In this document: in pieces, positions 8,503 to 13,369 of the stretch
Layout: every line of letters begins with the position of its first letter
How positions within the stretch are numbered: the stretch's first letter is position 1
Source: a virus
Lineage: Duplodnaviria > Caudoviricetes
Reading direction: 5' to 3' (one strand)
IMG/VR virus record: IMGVR_UViG_3300021387_000688
Length of the DNA stretch: 64,000 bases
Notes under the pieces: generated by a model
What the model was told of the DNA's origin: nothing
The model's database searches: none
Seen by the model: the letters and a program-made list of their open reading frames with translations, nothing else
Made by a program: the position numbers and the translations under genes

Positions 8503-8576
8503 GCCTCGGTACTCCAACTGGCAGAGAGGACGGACTTAGAATCCGTAAAGTGAGAGTTCGAATCTCTCTCGGGGCA
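8503..8576 (+). tRNA. tRNA-Leu(TAG), short variable loop
   Basis: ACGGA-CTTAGAA-TCCGT; 5-nt variable region. Confidence 0.88.
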
Positions 8577-8582
8577 AATTAT

Positions 8583-8667
8583 GGAGCCTGGCTAGGACGG
8601 TAATAGGTATGCCTGGAAAGCATATGGTCGCGAAAGCGCCTAAAGGGTTCGACCCCCTTAGACTCCG
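8583..8667 (+). tRNA. tRNA-Ser(GGA)
   Basis: TATGC-CTGGAAA-GCATA, long variable arm, G73. Confidence 0.88.
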
Positions 8668-8682
8668 TAGGAGGGAAATTAT

Positions 8683-8778
8683 ATGAAAGGTAAACTTCAC
8701 AAACTGTGGGTTAAGTTTGTAATAGGGATTGTTTATATTTATATAAAAATCACTAATATCTTTCATAAGAAAAAATAG
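8683..8778 (+). CDS. Small cationic/hydrophobic peptide (31 aa)
   Basis: AGGAGG RBS; MKGKLHKLWVKFVIGIVYIYIKITNIFHKKK. Confidence 0.5.
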   Translation: MKGKLHKLWVKFVIGIVYIYIKITNIFHKKK

Positions 8779-8785
8779 AATTTAT

Positions 8786-8870
8786 GGATCGTTAAGTTAG
8801 CGGCTATACAGGGTGACTTGAAATCACTTTACGTGGCAACACGGCGCAAGTTCGAGTCTTGCACGATCCG
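8786..8870 (+). tRNA. tRNA-Ser(TGA)
   Basis: GGTGA-CTTGAAA-TCACT, long variable arm, G73. Confidence 0.88.
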
Positions 8871-8885
8871 CTCTAATTAAAAAAG

Positions 8886-9069
8886 TTGGGTAAACCTCGA
8901 CCCAGTTGGATTCCTTCCTGAATAGGATTCAATGTTAAGGACTAGAGGAATTTACAGAAACTGCTTTAAGTAGCAAGTTCTCGAAAGATCGTTTATTCCC
9001 CCTCCCTAAAACGATTGAGTAGCTTTACGAGTGAATATAAGGGGTAGCTCTAAGTGGGTCAGGCCACTC
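8886..9069 (+). ncRNA. Putative multi-pseudoknot ncRNA
   Basis: Hairpins TTGGGT/ACCCAG, GATCGTTT/AAACGATT, AGTGG/CCACT with loop segments complementary to downstream GAGG, AAGGA and AGGGG. Confidence 0.4.
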
Positions 9070-9077
9070 CCTGTTAT

Positions 9078-9148
9078 GTACCTGTAGTATAACGGTAATA
9101 CGCGACCTTGCCAAGGTCGAGTCGAGGGTTCAACTCCCTTCAGGTGCT
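9078..9148 (+). tRNA. tRNA-Gly(GCC)
   Basis: CGACC-TTGCCAA-GGTCG. Confidence 0.92.
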
Positions 9149-9150
9149 CT

Positions 9151-9230
9151 AAATCAAAATGGCCAGGGAGCCCTAACGGATGCTGGGCGGCTTAATGATG
9201 TTACTGAATGGTGGTAACCCATTTTGATTT
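9151..9230 (+). ncRNA. Structured spacer RNA
   Basis: 12-bp closing stem AAATCAAAATGG/CCATTTTGATTT around CCAG/CTGG with GAGCC:GGCTT pseudoknot potential. Confidence 0.5.
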
Positions 9231-9238
9231 AATTTTAC

Positions 9239-9310
9239 TCCTCCGTGGTGTAATTGGTAACACGCGAGATTCTGGTTCTTGAATTCTGGGTTCGAGTCCT
9301 AGCGGAGGAA
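9239..9310 (+). tRNA. tRNA-Gln(CTG)
   Basis: CGAGA-TTCTGGT-TCTTG. Confidence 0.9.
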
Positions 9311-9358
9311 AGCACATTTGCCGAGGCCTACTAGCGAAACGAAGAGACGGCAATCTTG

Positions 9359-9440
9359 GAGGAGTAGTGAAAAATGGTTGTAGGGATAAGGAACTTCTGT
9401 TGCCGCGGAAAAACAAGAGTGGGTTCGATTCGCCACCCTC
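9359..9440 (+). pseudogene. Degenerate tRNA-like sequence
   Basis: T-arm-like GTGGGTTCGATTCGCCAC and TTCTG/CGGAA arm; D arm and acceptor defective. Confidence 0.35.
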
Positions 9441-9448
9441 GGAATTAT

Positions 9449-9522
9449 GGGATCGTAGCATAACTGGATAATGCACATGTCTACGAAACATGCGATTGGG
9501 AATTCGAATTTCCCCGATCCCA
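9449..9522 (+). tRNA. tRNA-Arg(ACG)
   Basis: CATGT-CTACGAA-ACATG. Confidence 0.9.
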
Positions 9523-9558
9523 CTATAAGGAGATTTGCTTATGAAGTTTCATTAGGAT

Positions 9559-9804
9559 ATGTATAGAAGATATCCTAAAAAACAAGATCACGGTACACGT
9601 GGATCAAAAAGCGAGTCATTGCTCTATTGGGGCAATTATAAGAAGGGTCTAAGATTATCTGCAAAGGAATATTTTAGACAATATAAGCATAGAGTTAAAC
9701 AAGCTCTAAAAGTAATTACTATTGAATGTACTGACGAAGAAGTTGAAGAATTCTATTTAAGGAGTCAGCATCGGGTTCAGGATCAATGGTATGAATTTGA
9801 TTAA
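9559..9804 (+). CDS. Small basic protein preceded by in-frame mini-ORF MKFH-TAG (9541-9555)
   Basis: 81 aa; the strong RBS sits in front of ATG 9541. Confidence 0.6.
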   Translation: MYRRYPKKQDHGTRGSKSESLLYWGNYKKGLRLSAKEYFRQYKHRVKQALKVITIECTDEEVEEFYLRSQHRVQDQWYEFD

Positions 9805-9807
9805 AGC

Positions 9808-9930
9808 ACTTGCGACCTAGTCAAGTATAAAAGTACATTAGGCGGCACTAATCGATCTGCCATAGAAATGATCGAGAGACCTTTGACAGTTAAAACGGAG
9901 AAGTCAATAGTAATATTGTTAAACTGTCAA
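9808..9930 (+). ncRNA. Pseudoknotted spacer RNA
   Basis: ACTTG/CAAGT hairpin with loop CCTAGT complementary to ATTAGG; TCGATC/GATCGA; TTGACAGTT/AACTGTCAA. Confidence 0.4.
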
Positions 9931-9936
9931 TATTAT

Positions 9937-10018
9937 GCTTCAGTGGTGGAATTGGTATGCACACCTGTTTAAGGGGCAGGCGCCGAAAGGATTGAGAGTT
10001 CGAATCTCTCCTGGAGCA
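9937..10018 (+). tRNA. tRNA-Leu(AAG)
   Basis: CCTGT-TTAAGGG-GCAGG, long variable arm, A73. Confidence 0.85.
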
Positions 10019-10028
10019 CTAATTTATA

Positions 10029-10156
10029 AAAATGTTTTCAAAGTGCCTAACGCAACACCGACGCGCTATGCGGGAGCGAGGAGTAAAATAAAGCAGTCCT
10101 ATGTAAGTAGGAAACAGGCAACGGTAACGATCCTGGTGGAATGTTGAAAACATTTT
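10029..10156 (+). ncRNA. Structured spacer RNA
   Basis: 13-bp closing stem AAAATGTTTTCAA/TTGAAAACATTTT, TGCCT/AGGCA, GTAA tetraloops. Confidence 0.5.
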
Positions 10157-10191
10157 AGAAAAATTAACAAGTTGCACTAACTATATTAAGA
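10146..10191 (+). promoter_or_regulatory. Conserved promoter box of tRNA array 2
   Basis: 42/46 nt identical to 7901-7946. Confidence 0.75.
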
Positions 10192-10247
10192 ATATAAGTT
10201 TTAAGTAACTTGTAAACAAAGACTTGATATAAAGGAGTATGTATATT

Positions 10248-10364
10248 ATGATGAACGTATTTAACACTACAACTAAAACAACTACAAAGCATAATCATAT
10301 GAATATGCATACATTCACAAACACAAATAAATTTTTCTTTAATAAGAAAAATGGAGTGAGTTAA
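10248..10364 (+). CDS. Leader peptide 2 (38 aa; Thr/Asn/Lys/Phe/Met/His rich)
   Basis: AAGGAG RBS; MMNVFNTTTKTTTKHNHMNMHTFTNTNKFFFNKKNGVS; stop lies inside the antiterminator. Confidence 0.85.
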   Translation: MMNVFNTTTKTTTKHNHMNMHTFTNTNKFFFNKKNGVS

Positions 10365-10423
10365 GTCTTTTAATTTTATCCGAATTTTAGAAGGCTTAAC
10401 TCGAAAGGGTTAAGCCTTTTTTT
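10358..10423 (+). terminator. Attenuator 2: antiterminator 10358-10402 versus terminator 10391-10423
   Basis: GAGTTAAGTCTTTTAA/TTAGAAGGCTTAACTC overlaps AAGGCTTAACTC-GAAA-GGGTTAAGCCTT-T tract. Confidence 0.85.
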
Positions 10424-10437
10424 ATTGGATTTTTTAT

Positions 10438-10523
10438 GCTACAGTCGCATAGTGGTTGATTGCACCGGATTTGTAATCCGGTAGGTTTATAGCCTCGCGG
10501 GGGTTCGAATCCCTCCTGTAGCT
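10438..10523 (+). tRNA. tRNA-Thr(TGT) with long variable arm
   Basis: CCGGA-TTTGTAA-TCCGG, GCU/AGC acceptor, AGGT/GCCT variable stem. Confidence 0.82.
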
Positions 10524-10526
10524 TAT

Positions 10527-10596
10527 AAAAGCACAAGTTGTTCCTATTTGCTGATGAAGCAATACACTGTTAATGTATTTGATACAACTCGCTTTT
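10527..10596 (+). ncRNA. Scaffold RNA copy 4 carrying an Asn(GTT) anticodon stem-loop
   Basis: AAAAGC-ACA-AGTTGT-TCCTATTT...AATACA-CTGTTAA-TGTATT...AT-ACAACT-C-GCTTTT. Confidence 0.75.
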
Positions 10597-10604
10597 AATT
10601 TTAT

Positions 10605-10679
10605 GGTGCCTATGGTGGAGTGGTCTAACACGCTTGACTGTGGATCAAGATTTCGTCGGTTCGAACCCGACTAGGTACC
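10605..10679 (+). tRNA. tRNA-His(GTG)
   Basis: G-1:C73, CTTGA-CTGTGGA-TCAAG. Confidence 0.92.
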
Positions 10680-10693
10680 CTCAAATGTAATTT

Positions 10694-10767
10694 GGTCCGT
10701 TAGCTCTAATGGTCAGAGCGGATGCCCGTTAAGCATATGGTTGCAGGTTCGAGTCCTGCACGGACCG
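10694..10767 (+). tRNA. tRNA-Asn(GTT), C33
   Basis: Loop CCGTTAA, G73. Confidence 0.88.
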
Positions 10768-10777
10768 TATATTTTAT

Positions 10778-10852
10778 GCTACGTTAGCTCTTAACGGCTA
10801 GAGCGCCTGACCTGTAATCAGGATGTTGGGGGTTCGAATCCCTCACGTAGCT
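10778..10852 (+). tRNA. tRNA-Thr(TGT), C33
   Basis: CCTGA-CCTGTAA-TCAGG. Confidence 0.88.
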
Positions 10853-10859
10853 TATTTAT

Positions 10860-10930
10860 CCGCAGGTCGCCTAATGGTAAGGCCTCTGACTGAAGATCAG
10901 AAGTTTGGGGTTCGATTCCCTGTCTGCGGG
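10860..10930 (+). tRNA. tRNA-Phe(GAA), G37/G73 variant
   Basis: TCTGA-CTGAAGA-TCAGA. Confidence 0.8.
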
Positions 10931-10935
10931 CTTAT

Positions 10936-11009
10936 GTTGAGGTAGCAAAGTTGGTCAATTGCGATGGACTGAAAATCCATTGATGTGAGTTCGATTCTCA
11001 CCCTCAACA
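10936..11009 (+). tRNA. tRNA-Phe(GAA)
   Basis: ATGGA-CTGAAAA-TCCAT. Confidence 0.9.
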
Positions 11010-11015
11010 ACGCAT

Positions 11016-11090
11016 GCTACTTTAGCTCAAATTGGTTAGAGCACGAGTTTCGTAAACTTGGGGTTACAAGTTCGAATCTTGTAAGTAGCT
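11016..11090 (+). tRNA. tRNA-Thr(CGT)
   Basis: CGAGT-TTCGTAA-ACTTG. Confidence 0.9.
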
Positions 11091-11108
11091 TGATAAGGAG
11101 ATTTTTTT

Positions 11109-11276
11109 ATGGATTGTGGAGCTCCAAGAATTGAAGGTCCAATGGCTAAAAAGGTTTATGAATACATGATTAATGAATCTGAAAAAGCCAAAGCCAATAA
11201 AGAATCTAGAGAGGAAAAACGAAAGAAACGTTTAAAGGAATTTGAAGAACTTATGAAGAAGAAACAGAGGGCTTAA
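11109..11276 (+). CDS. Small charged hypothetical protein (55 aa)
   Basis: AAGGAG RBS; MDCGAPRIEGPMAKK...KKKQRA. Confidence 0.6.
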   Translation: MDCGAPRIEGPMAKKVYEYMINESEKAKANKESREEKRKKRLKEFEELMKKKQRA

Positions 11277-11344
11277 CCTTCTATTCAGCCCATTGGAATT
11301 GAAGGTGCCCAGATTAGATGGAAAAGACATTTTCAATTTTTAAT

Positions 11345-11419
11345 GGACTACTAGCGCAACTTGGTTAGAGCACGTGCCTTTTAAGCATGGGGTTCTGGGT
11401 TCAAATCCCAGGTAGTTCA
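11345..11419 (+). tRNA. tRNA-Lys(TTT)
   Basis: CGTGC-CTTTTAA-GCATG. Confidence 0.9.
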
Positions 11420-11434
11420 CTTCCGATTTATTTC

Positions 11435-11507
11435 GGGCCCGTAGCTCAATTGGCAGAGCAATACACTTTTAATGTATGGGTCGACAGTTCGAATCTGTCC
11501 GGGCTCA
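11435..11507 (+). tRNA. tRNA-Lys(TTT)
   Basis: ATACA-CTTTTAA-TGTAT. Confidence 0.92.
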
Positions 11508-11521
11508 CTTCGATTTTATAT

Positions 11522-11596
11522 CGGCCTGTAGCGCAACTTGGTTAGAGCGAGTGCCTCTTAAGCATTAGGTTCTGGGTTCAAATCCCAGCAGGCTGA
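11522..11596 (+). tRNA. tRNA-Lys(CTT)
   Basis: AGTGC-CTCTTAA-GCATT. Confidence 0.9.
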
Positions 11597-11603
11597 CTTA
11601 TTT

Positions 11604-11682
11604 GGGCCTTTGTCAGAATGGGATTGGAACACACTTTTAATGTGTCGCGAAAGCAGAGCGGGTTCGATTCCCGCAGGGCTCA
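11604..11682 (+). tRNA. tRNA-Lys(TTT) with extended variable arm
   Basis: ACACA-CTTTTAA-TGTGT followed by GC-GAAA-GC arm. Confidence 0.8.
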
Positions 11683-11684
11683 AC

Positions 11685-11766
11685 GGGCCATTGATCGCAG
11701 AATGGGATTGCAACAGACTCTTAATCTGTTTCTTCGGAAGACTAGGTTCGATTCCTAGATGGCTCA
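11685..11766 (+). tRNA. tRNA-Lys(CTT) with extended variable arm
   Basis: ACAGA-CTCTTAA-TCTGT followed by TC-TTCG-GA arm; extra nt before D stem. Confidence 0.75.
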
Positions 11767-11827
11767 TCAAAAGTAAGTAGAGTTCTCGAGACAACGCTTA
11801 CTATATTTAATTTGAATTTGATATATG

Positions 11828-11900
11828 CAGCTTATAGCTCAACTTGGTAGAGCCGTGGCCACTTAATTACGGGTTGGAGGTTCAAATCCTTCTAAGCTGC
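11828..11900 (+). tRNA. tRNA-like RNA with aberrant anticodon arm (CTT-containing 8-nt loop)
   Basis: Good acceptor, D and T arms; CGTGG-CCACTTAA-TTACG. Confidence 0.6.
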
Positions 11901-11920
11901 CTTATACAAATATGATATAT

Positions 11921-11992
11921 GGGTCCTTCGTATATCGGTTAGTACTGCAGACTGTTAATCTGCGTGGGTAGGTTCGACTCCTACAGGACCCG
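11921..11992 (+). tRNA. tRNA-Asn(GTT)
   Basis: GCAGA-CTGTTAA-TCTGC, G73. Confidence 0.9.
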
Positions 11993-11999
11993 CTAAAAT

Positions 12000-12127
12000 A
12001 AAATTGCACAAGTTGTTCCTATTTTTTAGGCTCATAACCCGAAAGCGGTGGTTCGATTCCATCTCCCCTTGTCTTCGTAAGGGGATAGTGTAGTGGTAGC
12101 ACGGCGTATTATACAACTCGCAATTTT
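12000..12127 (+). ncRNA. Scaffold RNA copy 5 carrying a circularly permuted tRNA (Y RNA/YrlA-like topology)
   Basis: Order: CAT anticodon loop, T arm, acceptor TCCCCTT-loop-AAGGGGA, D arm, all inside the scaffold stem. Confidence 0.75.
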
Positions 12128-12131
12128 TTAT

Positions 12132-12204
12132 GCTGGGTAAGTTCATATGGTTGAACGCCGCCCTCATAAGGCGGATGTACGTGGTTCGAGTCCACGACTC
12201 AGTA
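12132..12204 (+). tRNA. tRNA-CAT (Met or Ile2)
   Basis: CCGCC-CTCATAA-GGCGG. Confidence 0.85.
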
Positions 12205-12210
12205 AATTAT

Positions 12211-12281
12211 GCTAGCTTCGTACAGTGGTAGTACACATGCATGGTAAGCATGTAATGAGGGTTCGATTCCCCCAGTTAGCT
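12211..12281 (+). tRNA. tRNA-Thr(GGT)
   Basis: CATGC-ATGGTAA-GCATG. Confidence 0.85.
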
Positions 12282-12283
12282 CT

Positions 12284-12343
12284 AATGCATAAAGTGTTCC
12301 TATTAAAAACTTGACTGAAAATCAATTGTATACACTTCGCATT
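12284..12343 (+). ncRNA. Scaffold RNA copy 6 carrying a Phe(GAA) anticodon stem-loop
   Basis: AATGC-ATA-AAGTGT-TCCTATT...TTGA-CTGAAAA-TCAA...TAT-ACACTT-C-GCATT (compensatory changes). Confidence 0.75.
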
Positions 12344-12382
12344 TTTCTATTCTTTTAAGGGGCCGGCGGCCCCTATTTTTAT

Positions 12383-12457
12383 GGTTGCGTAGCTCAACTG
12401 GATAGTAGCAATGGACTTCGAATCCATAGGTTGTAGGTTCAAATCCTATCGCAATCA
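12383..12457 (+). tRNA. tRNA-Arg(TCG)
   Basis: ATGGA-CTTCGAA-TCCAT. Confidence 0.88.
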
Positions 12458-12515
12458 AAACCTTTTCGAAAATCTGATTCCCGGATTCCGCTATATTATT
12501 ACTGAGGTACTTAAT

Positions 12516-13352
12516 ATGGCAAAAGAGAAATATTTCCGTTCACTTCCAGATCAGCTTTATCTTTACAAGAGATTTGATTCAGTTGGAAAAAAGGAAGGTT
12601 GTGAGTGCGATGAATGCGGGGCTTGGTTACAGAATATTGTAACTGTAGTAGGTTCTGTTGATCACTTGGAATATCATCTCGGCCTTACATGTTGTGAAAA
12701 ATCATCAAAGGGTATGAAGAATATCAACTTGGATGATAAAACAACTCAATATGTTAAGTACTGGAAGAAAAGATTAAATCAGCTTAAAAACTTCCGCAAG
12801 GATTTCGATAAGAAAATGGCTTACGGAAAGGTAATTGCAATTCTTGGTAGCTTCTATTATAACGTTCAAAAGAAAACCACTTCAATCGATTTTACTTTCC
12901 TCTATGAAGGGGGAGATTGGTGGCGCATGAATAACGACGTTTCAATCACAGGTTATTACAATAAAGTAAAAGAAACTTTTGCAGATGTTTGGGATGCGAT
13001 TGATTGGAAAGGATATGAAGGTTGTGCAGCCGCTGCAACTTCAAAAGAAGTTTGGGATATCCTCCATGACAATTCTCGTAACGTTCGTTTAAGAGATTTC
13101 AATAAAAGAACAGAAGAAGACTATCCCGAATGGGAACGTTATAACATAGTTAGAAATGCAATCCGCCAGTCTTTTGATTACAATAGCGGTTGGGGCGAAG
13201 GTAAAACTATTAAGCTTCCCGTTTGGTTCAACAAAGATGAATATGACGACATCTTTGATAAAGTACTTGCAAGTTATAATGGATATCAGAATCTGGATAA
13301 AACAACTTTCATCAATGGATACGATGCAGAAAAAATGTCCCGATACAACTAA
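12516..13352 (+). CDS. Hypothetical protein with CxxC..CC zinc-finger-like N-terminus
   Basis: GAGGT RBS at MAKEK; CDECG and CC motifs. Confidence 0.7.
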   Translation: MAKEKYFRSLPDQLYLYKRFDSVGKKEGCECDECGAWLQNIVTVVGSVDHLEYHLGLTCCEKSSKGMKNINLDDKTTQYVKYWKKRLNQLKNFRKDFDKKMAYGKVIAILGSFYYNVQKKTTSIDFTFLYEGGDWWRMNNDVSITGYYNKVKETFADVWDAIDWKGYEGCAAAATSKEVWDILHDNSRNVRLRDFNKRTEEDYPEWERYNIVRNAIRQSFDYNSGWGEGKTIKLPVWFNKDEYDDIFDKVLASYNGYQNLDKTTFINGYDAEKMSRYN

Positions 13353-13369
13353 TACCTACTAAATAATTT

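Noticed and set aside
10551-10557. Hammerhead core CTGATGA
   Set aside because: No correctly placed GAAA and stems; absent from the other scaffold copies.
8536-12167. ORF-track calls overlapping tRNA genes (8536-8766, 9201-9523, 9935-10147, 10434-10631, 11558-11794, 11955-12167)
   Set aside because: Shadows of tRNA and ncRNA genes; no RBS or protein-like composition.
115-12343. Scaffold repeats as a CRISPR array or integron attC sites
   Set aside because: Copies are dispersed and bipartite with compensatory changes; no regular repeat-spacer period, no GTTRRRY cores, no cas1/cas2 or integrase nearby.
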